32,000 nt of DNA from Candidatus Nanopusillus sp. (GTDB lineage: Archaea > Nanobdellota > Nanobdellia > Nanobdellales > Nanobdellaceae). The stretch covers positions 30,001-62,000 of the forward strand of contig JBMSAQ010000022.1 in NCBI GenBank assembly GCA_049414405.1, read 5' to 3'. Shown here in pieces: positions 1 to 8,240 of this stretch. Numbering within the stretch: position 1 is the first letter of the stretch; each line of letters starts with the position of its first letter. A program made the translations under genes and the position numbers. The notes below the pieces were generated by a model that was not told the origin of the DNA, did no database searches, and worked only from the letters and a program-made list of their open reading frames with translations.

Positions 1-1925
1 GGGTTTGAATATAGATAAAAATAATAATTTAGATAACTATATTTATAATTTAATGTTGCATTTGTGAAATAAAGATTATTATAGTAGTCATACGATGAAA
101 CATAAGAAATATTTATTATAGGATTATAATTTGTGTATAATATAGAATTTAAGTGTCCTGAACAAATAAAAGTTTGTGTGTAGCATCTTCTTAATATTAT
201 ACCATTTTTATATTCATGATATAGATATCCATTATATAAATCGTCTAGATCAAATATCTTATTATAAATGTTTGTAGATTTTAAAATAAATCCATATTTG
301 GGTTGAAAAGTGTTCCAAAATATCATATTATTTGAATAATAATATTTTTGCGTATTAAATATATACCAATAAGTGTTAGAAAATATTATATTCTTTATTG
401 ATAAATTTGTAGAATTATATAAATACAATAAAGCTAATGAGGCATTATAAATATAGGGAGTTAAATTATAAGGTCCATATTCAGAAGTATAAAATGAAAA
501 TCCAACTTTAATATATGAAAGAAGGTTTGTAGAATAAGTTGTTGGAATGGAATAATAGCTTCTATTATACATACCTGTTATGTAAGAAAAATATGCTAAA
601 TTATTATTATATATTGCAAGATTATTATAAGAATTTGGTAATGAAATTTTTCCCTTATCTAGATCGTTATATTGAGAAAAATCATAAGTTATATTTGGAC
701 CTATAATAAATTTATAATTTTTAGTTAAATTTGGTTGATAAATTATTCTTGTATTTGGTATTACATTATATGGAATTAAATTTATATAATATGCATTAAT
801 ATTTTGACCAGATACTTGTAACTTAACCTTGTCCCCATCATTATAACAATAATAAACATATAAAGAATCTGAATTTCTAGAAGATTGTAGAGTTATATTA
901 CAATTATTTCCCAATTGCATATAGGCATTATTAGATGGTATTAAATTTTGAATATTGTTTTGAATATTAAATAATATTAAATAATTGCCTTTTGGAATTC
1001 TATTATTATAAGTAATTGTAAAGGTATTATATCGTATGCAAAAATTACCGTAATATAGAGAACAAGAATAAATATTATTTCCCGGATTCATATATGAAAC
1101 ATTTATAGGAGTATCATTTCTCCAATATTGGCTGAATTGTTGATAACTTTGATAACTAAAATTATCATATACTAGGAATATTCTTTTTCCATCAATTGAA
1201 TAAATACTTATTTCATTTATCGGAGAAATATTTAATATTATATAGCCATATGAAGATATATTTAAACCAACCCAAATTCCATAGGCACCATTATTAAAGC
1301 TATCACAATTTAGATTATTGTTTAAATAACAAAAATAATAATTATTTTCATTTAAATCTTTTACAGATAAATTGTAACCATTTTGTAGCCAATAAAGTAT
1401 AACAGTAGAAGTTATGAATACAGGATAATTGATTAAATTTTGGTTTGATGGATTTGAAACATTTATTAAAACATATTGGGGTTGACTATTATCTATATTA
1501 AAATTTAGAAAATTTGCATAAAAAAACACCCCGACATTTGGATCTAGATATGTATTATTTGTATTATTTAATACCCCAGAATACTTTGTTAAAAAAGATA
1601 TATTCAATGGGTAATAAATTGGAAATGATGTACAAAAATCTTTGTATGCATTTTTATAAATTAAATCGTCATATATTGGAGAATTTGGTAAGCATTGATA
1701 ATACATAGATAAAGGTATTGAAACATTTAGAGATAACAAATAATATTTGGTTTTGATAGAATTCATTATATCATTTATATAATTATTATAATAGTTTATT
1801 TGATTATAATTACTAATATTGTTTATTAAATATCCTTTATAAACTGTTAAATAAAATGTTAAAAATGAAATAAAAATTACAATGGCAATTATACCCTCTA
1901 CTTCTTTTATTATCCCTCTAACCAT
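1..1925 (-). CDS. Large Asn/Tyr-rich predicted surface (glyco)protein, partial; the C-terminus lies beyond the window start
   Basis: It is absent from the ORF track because there is no stop inside the window. My manual minus-strand translation from the ATG at 1925-1923 stays open in one frame to position 1 (about 641 codons), and the frame arithmetic is consistent at both ends. The N-terminus is MVRGIIKEVEGIIAIVIFISFLTFYLTVY, a charged head followed by a hydrophobic anchor. The rest is N/Y/I-rich, with about 22 N-x-S/T sequons and 10 Cys by eye. No family recognised. Confidence 0.7.
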   Translation of the reverse strand, partial: MVRGIIKEVEGIIAIVIFISFLTFYLTVYKGYLINNISNYNQINYYNNYINDIMNSIKTKYYLLSLNVSIPLSMYYQCLPNSPIYDDLIYKNAYKDFCTSFPIYYPLNISFLTKYSGVLNNTNNTYLDPNVGVFFYANFLNFNIDNSQPQYVLINVSNPSNQNLINYPVFITSTVILYWLQNGYNLSVKDLNENNYYFCYLNNNLNCDSFNNGAYGIWVGLNISSYGYIILNISPINEISIYSIDGKRIFLVYDNFSYQSYQQFSQYWRNDTPINVSYMNPGNNIYSCSLYYGNFCIRYNTFTITYNNRIPKGNYLILFNIQNNIQNLIPSNNAYMQLGNNCNITLQSSRNSDSLYVYYCYNDGDKVKLQVSGQNINAYYINLIPYNVIPNTRIIYQPNLTKNYKFIIGPNITYDFSQYNDLDKGKISLPNSYNNLAIYNNNLAYFSYITGMYNRSYYSIPTTYSTNLLSYIKVGFSFYTSEYGPYNLTPYIYNASLALLYLYNSTNLSIKNIIFSNTYWYIFNTQKYYYSNNMIFWNTFQPKYGFILKSTNIYNKIFDLDDLYNGYLYHEYKNGIILRRCYTQTFICSGHLNSILYTNYNPIINISYVSSYDYYNNLYFTNATLNYKYSYLNYYFYLYSN

Positions 1926-3229
1926 AACCTCTTTCTAATTAAAGTTGGATCTGAACCCCCATGCCAAGAAACCCTAGGTTTCATTTGAACAGGATATATT
2001 CTTTCAGATTTATCATCCAAAATTAAGGCAGCACCTTTTTTCTTTGGTAAATTTTCATTCATATATATATCAATATCTTGTGCAGTAAAATTTTTCATTA
2101 TTTCATTTAAAGATTTTAGATCTCGTTCTGCAGTTACTCTATGTGATAAGACTATATCACTTTGGGTGATTACATCTGTATGCATTTTACCGGGTTGCTG
2201 AGTTGCCAATACTAATGTTATACCAGGTTGTCTTCCTTCTCTTATTATTTGTATTAATGGTTCTGTTGCTGGTGTAATTGATTCATTAGGAATTGCCTCA
2301 TGTGCTTCATCAATTGCAATCCATATTAATGGAAATTCTCTTGTACCCAATTCTTTTGAAATATATATTTCTTCTAATTCCTCTACTTTTCTAAATATTA
2401 ATCTTTGATAAAATATTTTTTTAGATATTAATCCAATTACCAGATTTTTTATTGACCATCCACCAGTTATTGCAGTATATAAAGATATATCTAATATATT
2501 TATATAACCAGGCTTTGTTAAATTCTTTATACCTTCAGCTTTTTCGGAAAATAAACCCCAACTATCTGCGTTTTCAAAGTATGTGGTTATAGCATTTTTC
2601 ATATTACTATCAATGTTTAATTTTTCTGTATAATTTATTATATCTTGTATAGAATATCCATTATTATTTTCTTTCATTCTTTTTATAATTTTTTGTATAT
2701 ATAGTGCAATATGTGATGTGGGATCTAAATTAAATGTTAAAATCCATTCGATTCCAGATAAATCTGCTGGATTTAATTGAAAAACATCATCTATAGGAAT
2801 ATTTATTTTTCTATATTCATTTAATAAACCTTTTGGAACCAGTATTCTACAATTTTTTATTGATTTTGGCTTTAAACCCCATCTTTCTAATAATTCAGCA
2901 TCTCTATAATTCGGAAATTTCATTGTCCAAAATATTCCCATTGTATCAAATATTAATCCTGAGAAGTTATTTAATAAATCTTTTTCTAGATCTGATAAAC
3001 TTTCAAATATTGAAGCTAATGTATAACTTTTTCCTTGCCCTCTTTTTCCAGCAATTAATATTAAATGAGGTAAATTAACATCTAAATAAACTGTATTTGC
3101 TAAAGATAAAGCGTTTTCCATTTTTATATATTCTTTTCCTATGAAAATTGAACCTTTTAATCCATATTTTTTTAAATCATCTAAAGATCTTCCTATAATA
3201 ATATCCATAAATTTTATGTAGACTTTCAT
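1910..3229 (-). CDS. HerA/FtsK-superfamily P-loop ATPase (DUF87-like)
   Basis: 439-aa ORF. Walker A is AGKRGQGKSYT and Walker B is IWIAIDEAHEA. The C-terminal REGRQPGITLVLATQQPGKMHTDVITQSDIVLSHRV matches the HerA/DUF87 pattern (R..GiG..l.tQrP...d..vlsQc.t.i..r). Its stop overlaps the start of the downstream surface-protein ORF by 16 nt. Confidence 0.7.
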   Translation of the reverse strand: MKVYIKFMDIIIGRSLDDLKKYGLKGSIFIGKEYIKMENALSLANTVYLDVNLPHLILIAGKRGQGKSYTLASIFESLSDLEKDLLNNFSGLIFDTMGIFWTMKFPNYRDAELLERWGLKPKSIKNCRILVPKGLLNEYRKINIPIDDVFQLNPADLSGIEWILTFNLDPTSHIALYIQKIIKRMKENNNGYSIQDIINYTEKLNIDSNMKNAITTYFENADSWGLFSEKAEGIKNLTKPGYINILDISLYTAITGGWSIKNLVIGLISKKIFYQRLIFRKVEELEEIYISKELGTREFPLIWIAIDEAHEAIPNESITPATEPLIQIIREGRQPGITLVLATQQPGKMHTDVITQSDIVLSHRVTAERDLKSLNEIMKNFTAQDIDIYMNENLPKKKGAALILDDKSERIYPVQMKPRVSWHGGSDPTLIRKRLWLEG

Positions 3230-3245
3230 AATTAATAAATTAATA

Positions 3246-3851
3246 ATGCAAAGAAAATGTGTAGCTCTACTAATTGGAAGGTTCCAACCATTCCATATTG
3301 GTCATTTAAGTGGCTTATGGAAAATTTTAGAATATTATGATGTAGAAAATATAAAAACCATTGTTGTTAGAAGAGAGAATTCTAAATTAGATAACGATCC
3401 AATACCATTTAATGTTACAATGGATAATATATTAAAAGGTTTAGGAATGATATATGGGAAAAAGTATAATATCGAAGTATATGGTATTTACTATAAAAAC
3501 TTAATTGACCTTCTTGTCAAAATTGGAAATATTATTAATAATAATGAAGAAAGAGATTATATAATAACAACCAGTGATATGGAACGTTTAATAATGTTTA
3601 AAATAGCTGGAATATTTTATAAAATTGTGTATGGTGTTAATTTGAAAGTTATTTATAATCGTAGAATTATTAGTGGGAAGGAAATTAGGGAAAATTTAAG
3701 AAATGGAAATATAGAATATAGTAAATATATGGTTTATCCAGAAAAAGAAATGATAAATTATATAATGCACCCGCCGGGATTTGAACCCGGGTCGCGGGCT
3801 TGGAAGGCCCGCATCCTGCCACTAGACGACGGGTGCAATATATATTCTTAA
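3246..3851 (+). CDS. nadM: Nicotinamide-nucleotide adenylyltransferase-like cytidylyltransferase (archaeal NadM type)
   Basis: It has the N-terminal GRFQPFHIGH (H/T)xGH motif and a C-proximal ISGKEIR motif (ISxTxxR-like). There is no in-frame stop before the antisense tRNA-Gly, so the last ~27 codons (HPPGFEPGSRAWKARILPLDDGCNIYS) are read off the tRNA gene's complement. Confidence 0.7.
   Translation: MQRKCVALLIGRFQPFHIGHLSGLWKILEYYDVENIKTIVVRRENSKLDNDPIPFNVTMDNILKGLGMIYGKKYNIEVYGIYYKNLIDLLVKIGNIINNNEERDYIITTSDMERLIMFKIAGIFYKIVYGVNLKVIYNRRIISGKEIRENLRNGNIEYSKYMVYPEKEMINYIMHPPGFEPGSRAWKARILPLDDGCNIYS
3766..3836 (-). tRNA. tRNA-Gly (anticodon UCC)
   Basis: The reverse complement is GCACCCG-TC-GTCT-AGTGGCA-GGAT-G-CGGGC-CTTCCAA-GCCCG-CGAC-CCGGG-TTCAAAT-CCCGG-CGGGTGC-A. 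This folds into a full cloverleaf of 71 nt, is GC-rich and has no encoded CCA. Confidence 0.93.
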
Positions 3852-3989
3852 TAAAGTTAATATTATTAAACTTTGTAACCTCATTACATAGTATTTTAAT
3901 AATATAGAATGATGATGATTTTAAGTATATAATTCTGTAATTATTGAAGTTATTTTATACTTTATAAAACATATTAAATATAATTAGTT

Positions 3990-4706
3990 ATGAATGGTAT
4001 CCCAAAACACATAGCAGTTATACCGGATGGTAATAGAAGATATGCAAGAAAATATAATTTATCCATATATGAAGCTTATAGAACAGGTTCTGAAAGGATT
4101 TTGGAATTCATAAATTGGTGTATGGAATTTGGTATAAAGGTTGTTACATTTTTTGTTATTTCATATGATAATTTCCTAAAAAGATCGAAGGAAGATGTAG
4201 ATGCTGTATTAGGATTATTAGGAGAAAAAATAAAAAAGATAAGAGAATATAAAAATATTATTGAAGATAAAGTAAAAATAAAGATAATTGGTAGAACACA
4301 TCTTTTGCCAGACGATATTCAAAAAGAAATAAAATTAGTAGAAGATCTAACAAAAAATAATTCTAGATATTATTTAAATTTAGCAATTGTATATGGGGGT
4401 AGGCAAGAAATAATTGATGGTATTAAAAGATTATTTGAAGATTTTAAAAAAAGCATTATAGATATTAATAACTTGGATGAATCATTATTTATGAGATATT
4501 TATATTTTGGTGATGAAATTCCATATCCAGAGCCAGATTTAATAATAAGAACGAGTGGGGAATATAGAATAAGTAATTATTTATTGTATCAAGCCGCATA
4601 TTCTGAATTATATTTTATAGAAAAATATTGGCCAGAAATTACAAAAGAAGATTTTATAAATGCAATTGAATGGTATAAGAAAAGAGAAAGAAGATTTGGG
4701 AGATAA
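3990..4706 (+). CDS. uppS: Undecaprenyl/di-trans,poly-cis-prenyl diphosphate synthase (cis-prenyltransferase)
   Basis: 238 aa. It has the HIAVIPDGNRRYA motif (DGNRRxA) and C-terminal RTSGEYRISNYLLYQAAYSELYF, both typical of the UppS family. Confidence 0.9.
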   Translation: MNGIPKHIAVIPDGNRRYARKYNLSIYEAYRTGSERILEFINWCMEFGIKVVTFFVISYDNFLKRSKEDVDAVLGLLGEKIKKIREYKNIIEDKVKIKIIGRTHLLPDDIQKEIKLVEDLTKNNSRYYLNLAIVYGGRQEIIDGIKRLFEDFKKSIIDINNLDESLFMRYLYFGDEIPYPEPDLIIRTSGEYRISNYLLYQAAYSELYFIEKYWPEITKEDFINAIEWYKKRERRFGR

Positions 4707-4778
4707 TGGACCCGCCGGGATTTGAACCCGGGATCTCCGGCTAGCCAGGCCGACATCCTACGACTAGACTACGGGCCC
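4707..4778 (-). tRNA. tRNA-Ala (anticodon GGC)
   Basis: The reverse complement is GGGCCCG-TA-GTCT-AGTCGTA-GGAT-G-TCGGC-CTGGCTA-GCCGG-AGATC-CCGGG-TTCAAAT-CCCGG-CGGGTCC-A. The G3:U70 Ala identity pair is present. Length is 72 nt with no CCA. Its 3' end directly abuts the uppS stop codon. Confidence 0.93.
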
Positions 4779-4804
4779 AATAAACTTTAAATATTCTTAT
4801 AAGT

Positions 4805-5110
4805 TTATATATAATACGTTGAAATGTTATATACTTTTGTATTATAAACGTCTTTTATCTTAAATTCATTTAGAGTTACTATTAATCCTTTTTCAGGATT
4901 ATATCTCTTAATAAATGTGTAAAAACCTTTATTAATTCTTTCAGATGTTTTACTTCTATTGGAATAATCTTATCCTCTTTTGTTAAAATAAAATCTATTT
5001 CTAACTTTCTATTTGTCCCCAATAATTTATTTTCCAATCTGAAAAATTTTTAACAATTCAATATAAACAAAAATTCTATAATAATTGCTCTTTATCCGTT
5101 CTTTTATCAT
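4805..5110 (-). pseudogene. Decayed C-terminal remnant of a COG1373/DUF4143-type ATPase (PD-(D/E)xK-like tail)
   Basis: Minus-strand pieces lie in three frames. The first is MIKERIKSNYYRIFVYIELLKIFQIGK* (5110-5027). The second is KFFRLENKLLGTNRKLEIDFILTKEDKIIPIEVK (5049 downward). After a frameshift the third is TSERINKGFYTFIKRYNPEKGLIVTLNEFKIKDVYNTKVYNISTYYI* (ending at 4805). The pattern ..EIDFIL....IIPIEVK...f..y.pekGlIVT is the typical C-terminus of this family. The AAA N-terminal part is absent. Confidence 0.45.
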
Positions 5111-5188
5111 AATGACTCTATTATTTTGTCAAACACATATAATTTTTAAATATTAAATATTTTTTAAGTATGAAAATAACTATGATTT

Positions 5189-7093
5189 ATGGTTTATGGA
5201 TATATGGGGAAAGTTTTGAGAGTGAATTTAACAGAGGAGAAAGTTTCTATAGAACCTTTACCTTCAGAAGATGTACTAAGAAAATGGTTGGGGGGAAGAG
5301 GGATTGGCACCTATTATATAATAAAGGAAGTACTACCTAACATAGATCCTTTAAGTCCTGAAAATAAATTAGTCATTGCCACAGGACCTGTAACTGGAAT
5401 TGCAGGAATTCCAACTGCTGGAAGATGGTCTATTATTACAAAATCCCCCATAACAAACACAATTTATGAAGGAAATGCTGGCGGAAAATTTGGTGCAGAA
5501 ATAAAATTCTCAGGTTTTGATTTTATAATAATCGAGGGAAAAGCAAATAGGCCGGTATATTTATGGATATATAATGGAAAAGCAGAAATAAGGGATGCAA
5601 AACACCTATGGGGAAAAACAGTTTATCAAACTGTAGATTTAATCAGAGAAGAATTATCATCAATTGTAGGAAAAGATGATGCAAAAAATATTAAGGTAAT
5701 TAGTATAGGACCTGCTGGTGAGAAGTTAATTAAAATAGCAGCAGTAATGGAAGATAAAGGAAGAGGTGCTGTTGGAAGGGGTGGAATAGCTTCAATATTT
5801 GGAAGTAAGAATTTAAAGGCAATTGCCGTAAGGGGAAATTTAAAACCACAAATTGCAAATCCAGAAAAATTTAAAGAAGTCATCTTAAAATCTTCACAAT
5901 TCATAAGAAATTCGGCTATTACATCTACAATATTGCCAAAATATGGGACTGCAGGATTCTTAGCAAAAGCTTTGGGAGAAAAGGGCATGATACCCGTAAA
6001 AAATTATCAAACAAATGTATTTCCAGATTTTAGTAAATTATCTGGAGAAACAATTGTAAAAGAATATTTGGATCAAGAAAAAACGAGAGAATCAATATGT
6101 TGGGGATGTCCAATAGCATGTAAAAAATATACAAAGGTAGATAAACCATTATTTAGTACAGAAGGAGATGGTCCAGAATACATGGGTATATGGGGATTTG
6201 GATATAATCTAAATAATGATAATTTACCTTCTGTTCTAAGAGCTTATCATTTATGTAATGAATTAGGTTTAGATATAGTTGGAACAGGTCATGTCATTGG
6301 AACATTTATTGAATTGGTTGAAAGAGAAAAAATACCAAAAGAAAAGTTGGAGGGATTAAAAGTTAGTTGGGGAGATCCAGAATTAATTATTGAATTAATA
6401 TATAGAATTGCAAATAGAATTGGAATTGGAGATGATTTATCAGAAGGTACGAAAGAATTTGCAAAAAAATATAATTCGGAAGAATATGCAATAACAAATA
6501 AAATAGGAATGCCTTTATTTGGTTTTGATCCCAGAGGAGCACAAGGTTATGGATTATGGTATGCAACAAGTAATACAGGCGATTATGACCAACTTGGATT
6601 ATTCAAAGAAGTTACAGAACCGACATATTTAGGAAATAACAGTATTAATAGATTTGAAACAAAAGGAAAGGGGGAATTGATAAAAAAAGAACAAGATTTA
6701 GCTGCAATAATTGATAGTATGATTGTATGTAGATTTTCAAGATATGCATTGAATGAGGAAATATATGCTGAACAATTATCTTTAATTACCGGATGGGATA
6801 TTAGTTCTCAAGAATTATTAAAAATCGGGGAAAGAATATGGAATGCGGAAAGAGTATATAATATTTTAGTATTTGGAGATAATACAGAATATGATAACTT
6901 GCCAAAAAGATTTTTAGAAGAACCATTTAAAGAAGGATCTTCTGCAGGTTACGTAGTAAAAATTAGCGAAATGTTACCAGAATATTACAAAGTAAGAGGT
7001 TGGGTAAATGGAAGACCTACAAGAGAAAAGTTAGAAGAATTAGATTTAAAATGGCTAGCAGATCTTTTAGAAGAAAAGCAACTATTACCTTGA
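5189..7093 (+). CDS. aor: Tungsten-containing aldehyde:ferredoxin oxidoreductase (AOR family)
   Basis: 634 aa, colinear with Pyrococcus-type AOR from the N-terminus (MVYGYMGKVLRVNL) through to LPKRFLEEP...EMLPEYYKVRGW. The CWGCPIAC (CxxCxxxC) 4Fe-4S ligand motif is present. Confidence 0.92.
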   Translation: MVYGYMGKVLRVNLTEEKVSIEPLPSEDVLRKWLGGRGIGTYYIIKEVLPNIDPLSPENKLVIATGPVTGIAGIPTAGRWSIITKSPITNTIYEGNAGGKFGAEIKFSGFDFIIIEGKANRPVYLWIYNGKAEIRDAKHLWGKTVYQTVDLIREELSSIVGKDDAKNIKVISIGPAGEKLIKIAAVMEDKGRGAVGRGGIASIFGSKNLKAIAVRGNLKPQIANPEKFKEVILKSSQFIRNSAITSTILPKYGTAGFLAKALGEKGMIPVKNYQTNVFPDFSKLSGETIVKEYLDQEKTRESICWGCPIACKKYTKVDKPLFSTEGDGPEYMGIWGFGYNLNNDNLPSVLRAYHLCNELGLDIVGTGHVIGTFIELVEREKIPKEKLEGLKVSWGDPELIIELIYRIANRIGIGDDLSEGTKEFAKKYNSEEYAITNKIGMPLFGFDPRGAQGYGLWYATSNTGDYDQLGLFKEVTEPTYLGNNSINRFETKGKGELIKKEQDLAAIIDSMIVCRFSRYALNEEIYAEQLSLITGWDISSQELLKIGERIWNAERVYNILVFGDNTEYDNLPKRFLEEPFKEGSSAGYVVKISEMLPEYYKVRGWVNGRPTREKLEELDLKWLADLLEEKQLLP

Positions 7094-7130
7094 TTTTTAA
7101 AAATTTAAATTAAATAAAAACCTTAAATTT

Positions 7131-7325
7131 TTATGCTTGTAATTTATCCCCTACCTTCTTTATTGATCCTTCTCTTGATAATCTTGATACTAATGCCTTT
7201 ATAACTCTAACTCTTGTTCTTGGTCTTTTAGATTTTACTGCTTTTATTACTTCATCAAGTGTCTTTGGAGTTTTTAATAATTCCAATAAAAGCTCCTTTA
7301 GTGTTTTTCTTTTTCTAACTGCCAT
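7131..7325 (-). CDS. Small basic protein, possible winged-helix DNA/RNA binder
   Basis: 64 aa, Lys/Arg-rich (MAVRKRKTLKELLLELLKTPKTLDEVIKAVKSKRPRTRVRVIKALVSRLSREGSIKKVGDKLQA). It has a helix-turn-helix-like periodicity. No family recognised. Confidence 0.45.
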   Translation of the reverse strand: MAVRKRKTLKELLLELLKTPKTLDEVIKAVKSKRPRTRVRVIKALVSRLSREGSIKKVGDKLQA

Positions 7326-7415
7326 ATATTAATATTGTTAAAATTAATTTATAAATTTATATCAACAATTTTTAAAAAATATATTATTTTATATTTCTGC
7401 AAAATATTTTATATT

Positions 7416-8150
7416 ATGAATACTAAAATAAAAGAATTAATAAATAAATCTAATATACTGCTTGAAATATTGGATGCAAGGTTTCCAAAATTATGTAGAA
7501 TAAAATATATAGAAAAATATATAAAAGATAAAAATAAAGACCTAATATTGGTTTTAAATAAATCTGATCTGGTAAGTAAAGATTTTTTAAAGAAAGTAGT
7601 GGAAGAATTTAGCAAAGAATATATAGCAGTGTATATATCCGCAATATATAGAAAAGGAAGTAGAAAATTAAGAAAAGCAATTAAAAAAGTTGGAAAAAAA
7701 TATGAAAAAGCATATATTGGAATATTCGGATATCCAAATACTGGAAAATCTTCAATAATAAATGTATTAGTCGGAAGAAGAAGTGCTGGTACATCTTCAA
7801 AACCAGGATTTACAAAACATTTACAAATAATCAGATTATCTAGAAAATATTATTTAATAGATTCTCCAGGTATTGTTGAGACAAAGAATAAATATCTATT
7901 GACAATTTTAGGGGCATATGATGTAGATAAATTGGAACATCCAGAAAAGGCAGTTTTTTATTTATATAAAAAGATAGGTAAAAAACCGTTTGAAGAATAT
8001 TACAATATAAATATAAAAAGTATAAAAGATCTATTTATTAAATTAAGGGAAAAGTATAATATAAAAAAAGATTCTGATTGGATAAAGAGAGTTTCAAAGG
8101 TTATATTATATGATTGGCAAAAGGGAAAAATAAGAGCATTTTTCTTCTGA
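7416..8150 (+). CDS. Circularly permuted ribosome-biogenesis GTPase (YlqF/RbgA/Nug-like)
   Basis: G4 LNKSDL precedes G1 GYPNTGKSS and DSPG (permuted order). I prefer the internal ATG at 7416 (MNTKIKELINK...) over the track start at 7335, which would consume the divergent promoter region. Confidence 0.8.
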   Translation: MNTKIKELINKSNILLEILDARFPKLCRIKYIEKYIKDKNKDLILVLNKSDLVSKDFLKKVVEEFSKEYIAVYISAIYRKGSRKLRKAIKKVGKKYEKAYIGIFGYPNTGKSSIINVLVGRRSAGTSSKPGFTKHLQIIRLSRKYYLIDSPGIVETKNKYLLTILGAYDVDKLEHPEKAVFYLYKKIGKKPFEEYYNINIKSIKDLFIKLREKYNIKKDSDWIKRVSKVILYDWQKGKIRAFFF

Positions 8151-8203
8151 CCGCGGTATCACCAGCCTCATACTCGGAATCCCTCATTGATTAGGAGGTG
8201 CGA
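8151..8203. other. Unassigned GC-rich island (candidate structured RNA or protein-binding element)
   Basis: The sequence is ccgcggtatcaccagcctcatactcggaatccctcattgattaggaggtgcg, about 56% GC against a ~25% background. It starts immediately after the GTPase stop. It contains a CCTCAT direct repeat (8166 and 8182), AGGAGGTG, and the CCGCGG palindrome. I could not build a tRNA, C/D or H/ACA fold from it. Confidence 0.3.
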
Positions 8204-8240
8204 TAATTATTATATATTTTTAGAGATTATAAAGTTATAT

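Noticed and set aside
1514-1708. 64-aa plus-strand ORF from the track
   Set aside because: It lies antisense within the long, continuously open minus-strand ORF (1-1925). It has a low-complexity composition and no motifs.
3909-3918. ATGATGATGA (overlapping perfect C boxes) in the tRNA-Gly/uppS spacer
   Set aside because: No CUGA lies at 12 nt, or at any canonical distance, on either side; the nearest is CTGT at 16-17 nt. It is not a C/D sRNA by the spacing rule that the two accepted loci satisfy.
5626-5988. 120-aa minus-strand ORF. The same verdict applies to the other antisense track ORFs: 2833-3078, 6387-6569, 7409-7615, 8267-8476, 9850-10188, 10218-10403, 11752-11961, 12178-12447, 12871-13167, 14518-14718, 15292-15621, 21890-22075, 22101-22298, 22172-22357, 23322-23516, 24294-24506, 24687-24884, 25779-26048, 26122-26397, 29381-29623 and 29458-29709.
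   Set aside because: Each is the shadow frame of a confidently identified gene on the opposite strand (aor, ftsZ, lig, gatD, ppsA, taw1, ACD and others). Their translations are low-complexity L/F/I/P-rich strings without motifs.
7335-7415. N-terminal extension of the GTPase ORF (MLKLIYKFISTIFKKYIILYFCKIFYI)
   Set aside because: The extension is hydrophobic junk translated from the divergent promoter region. The conserved GTPase sequence begins at the internal Met (7416).
8151-8203. GC island as a split-tRNA half or H/ACA guide
   Set aside because: It has no T-arm (GTTCRAATC), no D-arm and no acceptor-like segment. It also lacks a hairpin with a pseudouridylation pocket followed by ANA at the right distance. 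I keep it only as an unassigned element.
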